Source: Candidatus Limnocylindria bacterium
GTDB taxonomy: Bacteria > Chloroflexota > Limnocylindria > QHBO01
NCBI GenBank assembly: GCA_035697845.1
Contig: DASSCI010000060.1
Span: 1,813-65,812 of the forward strand
Direction of reading: 5' to 3'
Length of the DNA stretch: 64,000 nucleotides
The translations under genes and the position numbers were made by a program. Under the pieces are notes generated by a model. The model searched no databases and was not told the DNA's origin. It saw only the letters and a list, made by a program, of their open reading frames with translations. Within the stretch, counting starts at the first letter, position 1. The number at the start of each line of letters is the position of its first letter. Shown here in pieces: positions 45,971 through 54,993 of this stretch.

Positions 45971-46839
45971 GTGCCGGGCTCCGGACGCGCCACGATCGCG
46001 CGCCGCTGCGACCAGATCTGGACGGCGATGAAGACCAGCGCCACCACGAAGATGAGCGTGCCCAGCACGTTCACCTCCGGCGGGACGCCGAGGCGGCTGA
46101 CGCCGAAGACCCACAGCGGGAAGGTGATCGAGCGGCCCGCGACGAACAGGGTGATCACGTAGTCGTCGATCGACAGCGCGAAGGCGAGGAGCGCGGCGGC
46201 CAGGATGCCCGGGAAGATGAGCGGGAAGGTCACCTTGCGGAAGGTCGTCCACTCGTTCGCGCCGAGATCCATGGCGGCCTCCTCCAGCGCCCGGTTGAAG
46301 CCGGCGATCCGGGCCCGGACGGTGACCACCACGTAGCTGATGTTGAACATGACGTGGGCGATCACGATGGTCGTCAGGTCGCGCTGGACGCCGGCGCTCA
46401 CGAAGAGGCTGAGCAGCGACGCGCCCATGATGATCTCGGGCGTCGCCATCGGGATGAAGATCAGCAGGTTGAGGCCGGTGCGTCCCTTGAACTCGTAGCG
46501 GGTCAGCGCCATGCCGATCAGCGTGCCGAGGGTCGTCGAGATCAGCGTCGCCACGACCGCCACGATGAGGCTGTTGACCATCGGCCCGGTGATGTCGGGC
46601 CGGCCCCACAGGTCGACGTAATTGCGCAGTGTGAAGCCCTGCCAGGTGATGTTCTGCCGGCCGGCGGGATCGTTGAAGCTGAAGGCGATCATCACCGCGA
46701 TCGGCAGGAACAGGTACAGCACCGCCACGCCGGTGAAGACCGGCAGCACCAGCCGCGAGATGCGAGCACCGACCGTCGGGCGCCGGATCGGCACCGGCTC
46801 GGGCCGGTCGGTGGCTGCCGGGAAGGCAGTTGCCGTCAT
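45967..46839 (-). CDS. Polyamine ABC transporter permease (PotC/PotI-like).
   Basis: 6 transmembrane helices and an EAA loop ALEEAAMDLGANEWTTFRKVTFP. Confidence 0.8.
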   Translation of the reverse strand: MTATAFPAATDRPEPVPIRRPTVGARISRLVLPVFTGVAVLYLFLPIAVMIAFSFNDPAGRQNITWQGFTLRNYVDLWGRPDITGPMVNSLIVAVVATLISTTLGTLIGMALTRYEFKGRTGLNLLIFIPMATPEIIMGASLLSLFVSAGVQRDLTTIVIAHVMFNISYVVVTVRARIAGFNRALEEAAMDLGANEWTTFRKVTFPLIFPGILAAALLAFALSIDDYVITLFVAGRSITFPLWVFGVSRLGVPPEVNVLGTLIFVVALVFIAVQIWSQRRAIVARPEPGT

Positions 46840-47687
46840 CGGGTCAGCTCATCCGCGCCGACGAAGCGCGCGTAGATGAACACGAGCGCCAGGACGGCGG
46901 CCATGAGCATGAAGCCCAGCGCGGCGGCCTCGGGATAGGCGTTGTTGTTCAGGAACAGGCGCTGGATGATCTGGCCGATCATCGTCGTGTCGCGGCTGCC
47001 CAGGATCTCCGAGTTGATGAAGTCGCCGACCGCCGGGATGAACGTCAGCAGCGAGCCGGCGAAGACACCTGGCATCGAGAGCGGCAGCGTGACGCGCAGG
47101 AATGCCTGCAGACGGCTGGCATACAGGTCGGTGGCCGCCTCGACCAGCTTCGGGTCGATCTTCTCGAGCGCGACGTACAGCGGCAGCACCATGAACGGCA
47201 GGAAGTTGTAGGTCAGCCCGCTGATCACCGCGATCGGCGTGGCGATGATCCGAAACCCGTCATCGAGGAAGCCGATGTCCTTCAGGTTGCCGAGCACGAA
47301 GCCGTTATCGGCCAGGATCAGCTTCCACGACAGGGTTCGAATGATGTACGCGGTGAAGAACGGCAGGATGACCAGCAGCAGCAGGATCGACTTGTAGCGA
47401 CCGCCGCGAAAGGCGATGGTGTACGCCATCGGATAGCCGACGGCCAGCGTGAGCGCGGTGACGACGATCGAGTACCACAGCGACCGCTCGAACTGGGGTG
47501 CCCAGGCGCCGATCATCTCCGGGTAGACGCCGAAGTTCCACGTCAGGGCGTATCCCGTCCCGAGCGAGCCCGTCTGCAGGCTGACCGACGCCATGACCAG
47601 CATCGGCACCACGAAGAAGGCGAGCAGCCACAGCCCGCCCGGGATCAGGAAGAGATAGGGGACCAGCCAGCGCCAGTGTCGCGGCAT
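46836..47687 (-). CDS. Polyamine ABC transporter permease (PotB/PotH-like).
   Basis: EAA loop VEAATDLYASRLQAFLRVTLP. ATGA overlap with the adjacent permease gene. Confidence 0.8.
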   Translation of the reverse strand: MPRHWRWLVPYLFLIPGGLWLLAFFVVPMLVMASVSLQTGSLGTGYALTWNFGVYPEMIGAWAPQFERSLWYSIVVTALTLAVGYPMAYTIAFRGGRYKSILLLLVILPFFTAYIIRTLSWKLILADNGFVLGNLKDIGFLDDGFRIIATPIAVISGLTYNFLPFMVLPLYVALEKIDPKLVEAATDLYASRLQAFLRVTLPLSMPGVFAGSLLTFIPAVGDFINSEILGSRDTTMIGQIIQRLFLNNNAYPEAAALGFMLMAAVLALVFIYARFVGADELTR

Positions 47688-47691
47688 GGCC

Positions 47692-48972
47692 CTATCCGGC
47701 GACGACCTCGTTGAAGAGGTCGTTCCACTGCGCCTCTTCCTCCTCGCTCAGCTTGCGGTAGTTGTGGACGTTGGCGAGAACCTCGTCCGTCGGGTTCGCC
47801 GTCTCGGCGATCACGCGCAGCGCATCGGCCCACTCCTGGTCGCCCTCGGCTTCGGCGGTCTCGGCGTCCTCGAGTACGCGCTCGGTCACGCCGGTGACCG
47901 GGCTGAAGTAGCCGACGTACTCGGTCAGGGGCACGGCGTTCTCGATGTCGTACCAGAAGTTCATCATCATGTGCGCATCCAGCGGATGGGCCGCCTTGTT
48001 CGGGATGGCCATGTTGTCGATCCACAGCATGCCGCCGGTGTCCGGCACCACGAACTCGACGTCCGGGTTGTCGTACAGCTTCATCTGGCTGACGTCGCCG
48101 GACCAGGCCACCGTCACCGCGAGGTTGCCGTTGGCGAGCTCGTCGTAGTAGTCGTTGCCGTAGAAGTTGCGGAACTGGCCGGCCTGCGCTGCGGCCAGCA
48201 GCTTGTCCTTGGCCTGCGTGGCCTGGTCGACGGTCGCCTCCTCCGGCTCGATGCCCAGGCTCAGAAGGGCGAGCGACATCGTGTCGCGCATCTCGCTGAA
48301 CATGCCCACGCGCCCGGCGAACTCGGGGTCGAGCAGGTCGTCGAAGGTCGTGATCTCGCGCCCGGTCAGCGTGGGGTTGTAGCCGATGCCGGTGATGCCC
48401 GACTGCCAGGCCATGCTGTGGACGTTGCCCGGGTCGTACCACGGGTCCTTGTACAGGTCGAGGGCGTTGGCGTCGAAGTTCGGAATCTTCGAGCGGTCGA
48501 GCTCGGAGAGATAGCCGAGCCGGATCATCTTCTCGATCATCCAGTCGGTCATGACGATCAGGTCGTACTGCGGCGGGTTCCCGGCCGCCAGGTCGGGCTG
48601 GATGACGCCGAAGAACTCCTCGTTGTCGTTGATCGCCTCCGTGTAGGCGACCTCGATGCCTGACTCCTCGGTGAACTTCGCGAGGGTCGGGTAGTCGCCG
48701 GTTTCCTCGTCGATGTCGATGTAGGCGGGCCAGTTGGCGAAGTCGAGCGTCCCGGCCGGCGCGGACGGCAGCGCCGCCTGGCTGCCCGCCGATGGCGCCG
48801 TCGAGGCTCCCGGGCCGATGCCGCATGCCGCCAGGATGGCCGGCAGCGACAGCGCGGATCCGGCGATGACCGCGCCGCGCCCGGTCTGGCGCAGGAACAT
48901 CCGTCGCGACAGCCGTCGCTGCGGCCGGAAGGCGCGCGCGATGGCGCGTTCGATCTGAGTCTCGTCACGCAT
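47692..48972 (-). CDS. Polyamine (spermidine/putrescine) ABC substrate-binding lipoprotein, Tat-exported (PotD/PotF-like).
   Basis: Twin-arginine SRRMFLRQ with lipobox LAAC. PotD-family core, about 340 aa. I trimmed the start to reduce overlap with the ATPase gene. Confidence 0.75.
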   Translation of the reverse strand: MRDETQIERAIARAFRPQRRLSRRMFLRQTGRGAVIAGSALSLPAILAACGIGPGASTAPSAGSQAALPSAPAGTLDFANWPAYIDIDEETGDYPTLAKFTEESGIEVAYTEAINDNEEFFGVIQPDLAAGNPPQYDLIVMTDWMIEKMIRLGYLSELDRSKIPNFDANALDLYKDPWYDPGNVHSMAWQSGITGIGYNPTLTGREITTFDDLLDPEFAGRVGMFSEMRDTMSLALLSLGIEPEEATVDQATQAKDKLLAAAQAGQFRNFYGNDYYDELANGNLAVTVAWSGDVSQMKLYDNPDVEFVVPDTGGMLWIDNMAIPNKAAHPLDAHMMMNFWYDIENAVPLTEYVGYFSPVTGVTERVLEDAETAEAEGDQEWADALRVIAETANPTDEVLANVHNYRKLSEEEEAQWNDLFNEVVAG

Positions 48973-50131
48973 GGACCTGTGGCTCCTCCTCCAACTCCGC
49001 ATCCCCCGCGGGCATTGGCCCGATTGCCGGACCGATCACGAACGTGTGCTGTGGCTTCCAGGTCAGCCGAACCCGCTGGCCGTCGGCCAGCACCTCTCCG
49101 GCGCCACTCGTCTCGAGGTTCTGGGCATACACGGTCAGCTTGTGCCCATCGGGCGTCTCGACCAGGTACTGCGTGCTGACGCCGATGTACGAGGCGTCGA
49201 GCACGGTCCCGTCCAGGGCATTGGTGTCGGCGTCGACCGAGTCGCCGGTGTCGTCGTTCAGGGCGATGACCCGCAGCTTCTCCGGCCGGACGCCGAGGCG
49301 CACGCGCGGGGCGCCGTTCACGTACGCGGCCGGCGCGCGCAGGAGCGTGCCGCCGTCCAGACGAAGCGTCGCGAAGCGCTCGTCGCGGCCGGCGACGTCG
49401 GCGTCGATGAGATTGCTGACGCCCAGGAAGCCGGCCACGAAATCGGTCCGTGGTCGCTCGTACAGCTCCTCGGGCTGCCCGAGCTGCTCGATCCTGCCGG
49501 CGCGCATGACGGCAATCCGGTCGGACATCGTCATCGCCTCTTCCTGGTCGTGGGTGACGAAGATGAAGGTGATGCCGATCTCGCTCTGGATGCGCTTCAG
49601 CTCGACCTGCATCTGCTTGCGCAGCTTGAGGTCGAGGGCGCCGAGCGGCTCGTCCAGGAGCAGCACGCGAGGGTTGTTGACCAGGGCGCGAGCCAGCGCC
49701 ACGCGCTGCTGCTGGCCACCCGACAGCTGGTTCGGCTTGCGATCCTCGTAGCCCGGCAGCTCGACCAGCTTGAGCATGAACGCCACTTGGTGGCGGATCT
49801 CGTTCGTCGGTGTCTTGCGCCGCCTGAGCCCGAACGCGATGTTCTCGAACACCGTCAGGTGCGGGAAGAGGGCGTAATTCTGGAAGACCGTGTTCGTCGC
49901 CCGCTTGAACGGCGGAAGGTCGGTGACATCGGTGTCGCCCAGGTAGACGCTGCCGGATGTGACCTCTTCGAAGCCGCCGATCATCCGCAGCGTGGTCGTC
50001 TTCCCGCAGCCGGATGGGCCGAGAAGGGCGAAGAACTCGCCAGGCTTGACCTCGAGCGACAGGTCGTCGACGGCCACCACGTCGCCGAAGCGTTTCGTCA
50101 CGCGGTCGAGTCGAACGTCGGCTTCGGGCAC
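48965..50131 (-). CDS. Polyamine ABC transporter ATP-binding protein (PotA-like) with a C-terminal TOBE domain.
   Basis: Walker [10 protein letters not shown], signature [15 protein letters not shown], Walker [12 protein letters not shown], with a C-terminal extension. Confidence 0.85.
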   Translation of the reverse strand: MPEADVRLDRVTKRFGDVVAVDDLSLEVKPGEFFALLGPSGCGKTTTLRMIGGFEEVTSGSVYLGDTDVTDLPPFKRATNTVFQNYALFPHLTVFENIAFGLRRRKTPTNEIRHQVAFMLKLVELPGYEDRKPNQLSGGQQQRVALARALVNNPRVLLLDEPLGALDLKLRKQMQVELKRIQSEIGITFIFVTHDQEEAMTMSDRIAVMRAGRIEQLGQPEELYERPRTDFVAGFLGVSNLIDADVAGRDERFATLRLDGGTLLRAPAAYVNGAPRVRLGVRPEKLRVIALNDDTGDSVDADTNALDGTVLDASYIGVSTQYLVETPDGHKLTVYAQNLETSGAGEVLADGQRVRLTWKPQHTFVIGPAIGPMPAGDAELEEEPQVHA

Positions 50132-50325
50132 GCTCAGAGCACTCGCAAACCTTGTCGCGTTGCAGTAGGCCCGCGGAGTATAGATTTCGGCGCTGCCCGC
50201 GTGTCAAGGTCCAGCGCCGCGGCCACGAAATGGTCCTGGATCCGCGGAAACCGGCGCGCATTCTGCAACCTTCGGACGGCCCAACGCGTCTACAGCGCAC
50301 ACCTCACACGATGCGGGGGACCGAC

Positions 50326-50457
50326 ATGGCCAAGCTCAACCACCAGAAGCGCAGCCGCCCGCGGCCGGTATCGCTCCGCCGACGACGCACCAGCCTCCAG
50401 CGCGCCGATGAGCGCCGCACCCGCCGAGACCTCGAGCGCTGGCGAAAGTCCGCCTGA
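50326..50457 (+). CDS. Candidate small arginine-rich ORF (43 aa).
   Basis: GGGGGA 6 nt before the ATG. Product MAKLNHQKRSRPRPVSLRRRRTSLQRADERRTRRDLERWRKSA. Followed 20 nt later by a strong hairpin. Confidence 0.25.
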   Translation: MAKLNHQKRSRPRPVSLRRRRTSLQRADERRTRRDLERWRKSA

Positions 50458-50477
50458 CGCCGAGGCGATACGACCCC

Positions 50478-50504
50478 AGACCCGACCGATGACCGGTCGG
50501 GTCT
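50478..50504 (+). terminator. Strong GC-rich hairpin (11-bp perfect stem, 5-nt loop) followed by a T-rich tract. It is a candidate terminator/attenuator in the leader of the acyl-CoA dehydrogenase gene.
   Basis: AGACCCGACCG-ATGAC-CGGTCGGGTCT, then CTTGCTTG, read directly. It lies between the small ORF stop and ATG 50566. Confidence 0.4.
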
Positions 50505-50565
50505 CTTGCTTGTAGACTCGGGATCCGAGCTCCACTGATTCCGCAACCATCGGAGCAGCCCACCC

Positions 50566-51717
50566 ATGGACTTCGCGCTCTCGCCCCAGCACGAGGAGAT
50601 TCGCCGGACGGTCCGGGAGTTCGCCGAGCGGCGCATCGTCCCGATCGCCGAGGAGCTCGAGCGCAAGGGCGAATTCCCGATGGAGATCATCCGCGAGGCG
50701 GCCGCGCTCGGCCTGCTCGGCGTGCCCTATCCCGAGGAGGTCGGCGGCACCGGGCTCGACTCGCTGGCCTATGCCATCACCGTCGAGGAGCTGAGCCGCG
50801 CCAGCGGCAGCGTCGGCATCATCGTGAGTGCCCACACCAGCCTGGGCTGCAACCCGATCTACCTCGCCGGGACGGATGCGCAGAAGGAGAAGTACCTGAG
50901 GCCGATGGCCTCCGGCGAGGTGATCGGCGCCTACGGCCTGACCGAGCCGGGCGCCGGCTCCGACTCGCGCGGCACGAAGACCCGCGCCCACCGCGATGGT
51001 GAAGAGTGGGTCATCAACGGCAGCAAGCGCTTCATCACCAACGCCGGTGTGGCCGGCACCTACATCGTGACCGCGGTGACGGATCGGGAGCAGGACTCGG
51101 GCAAGATCAGCGCCTTCATCGTCGAGGCCGATACACCCGGCTTCTCCATCGGCCGCATGGAGGAGAAGATGGGACTGCATGCCAGCAACACTGGCGAGCT
51201 CATCTTCGAGGACTGTCGCATCCCCGCCGCGAACCTGCTGGGCGACGAGGGAGAGGGCGACAAGCTATTCCTCAAGACGCTGGACGGCGGGCGCATCGGC
51301 ATCGCGTCCATGGCGCTGGGGCTGGCGCAGGCGGCGTACGAGGCGGCATCGGCGTATGCGAAGGAGCGCAAGCAGTTCGGCCGGCCCATCGGCGAGTTCC
51401 AGGGCGTCGCGTTCAAGATCGCCGACATGGCCACGACCATCGACGCGGCGCGGCTGATGACGTACCGTGCGGCGTGGCTGAAGGACTGTGGCAAGCCGTA
51501 CTCCACCGAGGCCGCCATGGCCAAGCTGTACGCCAGCGAGGTGGCGCGAGACGTGACCAACGACGCGGTCCAGGTGCACGGCGGCTACGGCTATGTCACC
51601 GAGTACAAGGTCGAGCGCTACCTGCGCGATGCCAAGCTCACCGAGATCGGCGAGGGGACGAGCGAGATCCAGCGCATGGTGATCGCACGCAACCTGCTCG
51701 GCCTGCGCGCGATGTAG
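50566..51717 (+). CDS. Acyl-CoA dehydrogenase (short/branched-chain type).
   Basis: GAYGLTEPGAGSD, the catalytic-base region, YGGYGY and EIGEGTSEIQR, which are canonical ACAD motifs. Confidence 0.9.
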   Translation: MDFALSPQHEEIRRTVREFAERRIVPIAEELERKGEFPMEIIREAAALGLLGVPYPEEVGGTGLDSLAYAITVEELSRASGSVGIIVSAHTSLGCNPIYLAGTDAQKEKYLRPMASGEVIGAYGLTEPGAGSDSRGTKTRAHRDGEEWVINGSKRFITNAGVAGTYIVTAVTDREQDSGKISAFIVEADTPGFSIGRMEEKMGLHASNTGELIFEDCRIPAANLLGDEGEGDKLFLKTLDGGRIGIASMALGLAQAAYEAASAYAKERKQFGRPIGEFQGVAFKIADMATTIDAARLMTYRAAWLKDCGKPYSTEAAMAKLYASEVARDVTNDAVQVHGGYGYVTEYKVERYLRDAKLTEIGEGTSEIQRMVIARNLLGLRAM

Positions 51718-51724
51718 CAGGCCG

Positions 51725-53881
51725 ATGACGGGGGTGAGGCGCGCACGGCGAGCGGGGGGCCTGGCTGTCGCGCTGCTCCTCGGATCGACGGGTGCCCCGA
51801 TGGCCGTCGCGGCGGCGGATCCACCGGTGACACAGGTGCTTCCCGGCTCGACGCTGACCGCCCTCACCATCGACCTGAATGACGACGGCGCGCGCGAGGT
51901 CCTGCGGCTCGTCGATCGGGAGACCCCCGGCATGGACCTGGAGGTCTGGAGCGCTCGCCAGGACGTGTGGCTGCCGCTCGCGTCGACCGAGGTCGCGGCA
52001 CATCCGGGACCCGATGGCTCGCTGGATCCCTCCTCCGAGATGGCCGCCATCCTGCGCGTGCGAATCGACGGACGCGACCACGCCGTGCTCGCCACCGCCT
52101 CGATGCTGCTGGTGCCGAACCTTCCGGGCACGGTGTGCTGCGTCGAGCTCGCCGATGTCGTCCTCGCGCAGGACCGCCTCATGCTCGTGCCGCTACCCAC
52201 GCAGGACATTCGCGCCGAATACCTCGCCGCGGTCGACATGGACGCCGACGGGACCGATGAGCTGGTCACCCAGGTCACGACCTACGCCGACATGAACGAC
52301 GTGGGCACGTACCGCGTCGAGGTGCACCGCTGGGACAGCCACGGATTCCAGCGCTTCTACAGCGACGAGCGTGAGCAGCAGGGATTCGCCGTCACTCCGG
52401 GCGAGGGCGACGGTGAGCCGGGCTCCGAGCTGTACATCACGCCCAGCGAGACCGCCAGCCTGGAGCGGCTGGTGATGACGGATGGGACGATCGCGCTCGA
52501 CCGCGCCAGCGCCGATCTCGGCCAGCCGTTCGAGGCCTGGATCCTGGGCGCCACGAACGGCCGTGTGCTCGTCCAGCAGCCGGAGGGCGTGCGCCTGTTC
52601 GAGTGGCCCCGTGGCCAGCGGCCGAGGGCGCTGGGACGCTTCGACTCGCTGGCCTATCCGAGCGTGGACATCGTCGGGGACGGCGAGGGAGCCATCTTCG
52701 TCGTGTACGAGGGGTTCGACTACCTCGGCTCCAACGACCCCCGGATGACGCTGCTTGACATGGACTTCAACCAGATTGGCGCCATTCCCATCTCAGAGCG
52801 GATCGCGCCGCTGTGGGATGCCGCCAGCACCTTCAGCAACCGCGGCTACGGGAGCACCCGCAGCCTCTTTCCCTTCGTGGGACCGCTGCCGGAGGCGGGC
52901 CCACGAGAAACGTGGCCGTATCTTGCGAACGGCGTTCGCATCGAGGCCGGCGGTCCGGACGGCTACACGACCACCGAAGCCGACCCGTTCATCGGCGTGA
53001 TTCCCATCGGACGGGCCGGCCCGGACGGCGAGTGGCTCGCGCTCGGCCAGGGCCTCTATGGCGGCTACTACGGTCCGTTCGGCCAAAGCGACAGCGCGGC
53101 CTACCTGTTCCCGTTTGAGCAGTCGCCGTTCCCGTCGGCCGCGTCCCTGACGATGGCGCGGGCCGACGAGATCGTCGCGCCGAGTGACGACCCGGTCGCC
53201 ACGCTGCGGGCGGACGGGGCGGTCGCGATCGAGGTGGACGGCCAGACCAGGTTCGCGACCTCATACGAGGGCTTCGACATCGTGATCGAAGCCCCGGTCG
53301 GCAGCTTCGTGACCTACGACGACCGGAGCGTCCCGGTCGAGGTGGAGATCGGCGAGGCGCCCCTCGTCGTGGAGGTCCGGGCACCCAACGGGCCGAAGAA
53401 TCGGAATCGAGACTTCACGCGGAACTTCTTCATCGTGACACCGGACGGCCGCGGCCAGCTCGCGACGTTCGAGGGCACCTTCATCGGCGAGGCGCCGGAG
53501 GTGACCGCCAACGCCGATACCGACGCCTTCGCCCTGCATTCGCGAATCTACGGACGTGCGTCGGACGGGGTCTCGGTCAGCGTGGACGGCGTCCCGGCCG
53601 AGCTCAACACCAACGGCGCCTACAGCGTGGAGGTCGATGCGCCGATCTGGCCACGTGACGTCGTCGTCGTCGCCCGCGACGTCCTCGGCAACGAGTCGGT
53701 GGAGCGCCTCCAGGTCGTCGGCTTCCTGGACTACCGCGGGCTGCCGTGGGCGGTGATCATCGGGGTGGCCACGGTCGCCGCCGGCGGATTCCTGTTCGTG
53801 CGCACCCCGCAGCGTCGCGAGCGGCCGGCGGCGGCCTGGGAGGACGGCGTGCTGGAAGAGGTCGACGGGGATCTGCGCTGA
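51725..53881 (+). CDS. Secreted FG-GAP/Ca-binding-repeat-like protein with a C-terminal transmembrane anchor (paralog A).
   Basis: Signal peptide LAVALLLGSTGAPMAVAAA. DxDGDG-type loops LNDDGAREV and MDADGTDEL. C-terminal helix WAVIIGVATVAAGGFLF followed by RTPQRRER. It has a homolog at 56957-59098. Confidence 0.6.
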   Translation: MTGVRRARRAGGLAVALLLGSTGAPMAVAAADPPVTQVLPGSTLTALTIDLNDDGAREVLRLVDRETPGMDLEVWSARQDVWLPLASTEVAAHPGPDGSLDPSSEMAAILRVRIDGRDHAVLATASMLLVPNLPGTVCCVELADVVLAQDRLMLVPLPTQDIRAEYLAAVDMDADGTDELVTQVTTYADMNDVGTYRVEVHRWDSHGFQRFYSDEREQQGFAVTPGEGDGEPGSELYITPSETASLERLVMTDGTIALDRASADLGQPFEAWILGATNGRVLVQQPEGVRLFEWPRGQRPRALGRFDSLAYPSVDIVGDGEGAIFVVYEGFDYLGSNDPRMTLLDMDFNQIGAIPISERIAPLWDAASTFSNRGYGSTRSLFPFVGPLPEAGPRETWPYLANGVRIEAGGPDGYTTTEADPFIGVIPIGRAGPDGEWLALGQGLYGGYYGPFGQSDSAAYLFPFEQSPFPSAASLTMARADEIVAPSDDPVATLRADGAVAIEVDGQTRFATSYEGFDIVIEAPVGSFVTYDDRSVPVEVEIGEAPLVVEVRAPNGPKNRNRDFTRNFFIVTPDGRGQLATFEGTFIGEAPEVTANADTDAFALHSRIYGRASDGVSVSVDGVPAELNTNGAYSVEVDAPIWPRDVVVVARDVLGNESVERLQVVGFLDYRGLPWAVIIGVATVAAGGFLFVRTPQRRERPAAAWEDGVLEEVDGDLR

Positions 53882-53943
53882 TCGGTAGGCTTGCGCGCAT
53901 GGTCGCTCGCCGGGCGGCCGCGTACCGCAGCGAGGTGCCGACC

Positions 53944-54531
53944 ATGAGCCGCATCGACGACCTGGATGCCATCGTCCGCCAGTTCGACCTCAACGAGCAT
54001 CCGTTCTACCAGGAGTGGCGCGCGGGCACGCTGCCGATCAAGCGACTCGCCGAGTACGCCGACGAATGGGCGCCGTTCATCGGTGCGATCGACGCGGGCT
54101 GGGACCGCATCGGCTACCCCGACTACGCCGCCGAGGAGCGCGAGCACGACCTGCTGTGGCAGGACTTCCGCAGCGCGCTCGGCGCATCGGGAGAGATGCG
54201 GCGGCCGCAGTCGAGGACGCTGCTGGCGGTAGGTGAGCAGGCGTTCGCATCGGTTCCCGAGGCGCTCGGGGCGCTGTACAGCTTCGAGGTTCAGCAGCCG
54301 GCGACGGCGAGCTCGAAGCTCGCCGGGCTGCGCGAGCACTATGCCGGGACGGTCGGGGCGGCCGGGCAGCGCTACTTCGAGGAGCATGCCGTCGAGACCG
54401 ATGAGCCGGCCATGCTGGCGTCGCTGATCGAGAAGCTGTCGGACGGCGACTTCGCACGGGCGAAGACGGCCTGCGCGGTCTTCAGCGCCGCCGCCTGGGG
54501 CGCACTCGACGGGGTGTACTACACCGACTAG
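53944..54531 (+). CDS. Haem-oxygenase-like fold protein (TenA/PqqC-like, iron-containing redox enzyme family).
   Basis: ATG after GAGGTG. MSRIDDLDAIVRQFDLNEHPFYQEWRAGTLPIKRLAEYADEWAPFIGA resembles the TenA_C/PqqC helical bundle. I rejected the longer track ORF and the opposing 310-aa ORF. Confidence 0.45.
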   Translation: MSRIDDLDAIVRQFDLNEHPFYQEWRAGTLPIKRLAEYADEWAPFIGAIDAGWDRIGYPDYAAEEREHDLLWQDFRSALGASGEMRRPQSRTLLAVGEQAFASVPEALGALYSFEVQQPATASSKLAGLREHYAGTVGAAGQRYFEEHAVETDEPAMLASLIEKLSDGDFARAKTACAVFSAAAWGALDGVYYTD

Positions 54532-54917
54532 CCGCGGCGGTTGCTGAACTCGACGGACCAGCGCCAGGCGGAGCCGTCTTCGGCGTTCCACCACGCGGTC
54601 AGGATGCCGGCCTCGCCGCCGGGCAGGATCACAACGCTGCCGAGGTCGGCATCTGTCGGCCAACGGTCCTCGCGCGCGACCTGTTCCCCCGCGATGGTGA
54701 AGCGAGTCATGGGCAGGTAGCTGCCCTCGCGCGTGAGCGTCTCGCCACGGGCAACGACGTGGTCGTCGCCCTGGCGCACGGTGACGGCGACCTTGCGCGC
54801 CACCGCGTGAACCCAGACCACGTCGGTCGGGTCGATCCTGGCGCGCGCGATCTGGATACCGGTTGCGCCGGCGCCGGGGTACCAGATCTCCCAGGTGTGC
54901 ACGTGGTCCATGGCCAT
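54528..54917 (-). CDS. Hypothetical protein.
   Basis: 129-aa ORF with coding-like composition. Its stop overlaps the TenA-like gene end. Confidence 0.4.
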   Translation of the reverse strand: MAMDHVHTWEIWYPGAGATGIQIARARIDPTDVVWVHAVARKVAVTVRQGDDHVVARGETLTREGSYLPMTRFTIAGEQVAREDRWPTDADLGSVVILPGGEAGILTAWWNAEDGSAWRWSVEFSNRRG

Positions 54918-54993
54918 GCCGTCTCTCCTCTCGCGTGTTCGGACCGATGCTACGGCCGGCGGCCCTTGTCCGATTCAGGCTCGATCCTTCCGG

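Noticed and set aside
53731-54663. 310-aa reverse ORF opposite the TenA/PqqC-like gene.
   Set aside because: It has Arg-rich shadow composition. The forward frame has a Shine-Dalgarno motif before ATG 53944 and a helical-bundle-like sequence. Confidence is only moderate either way.
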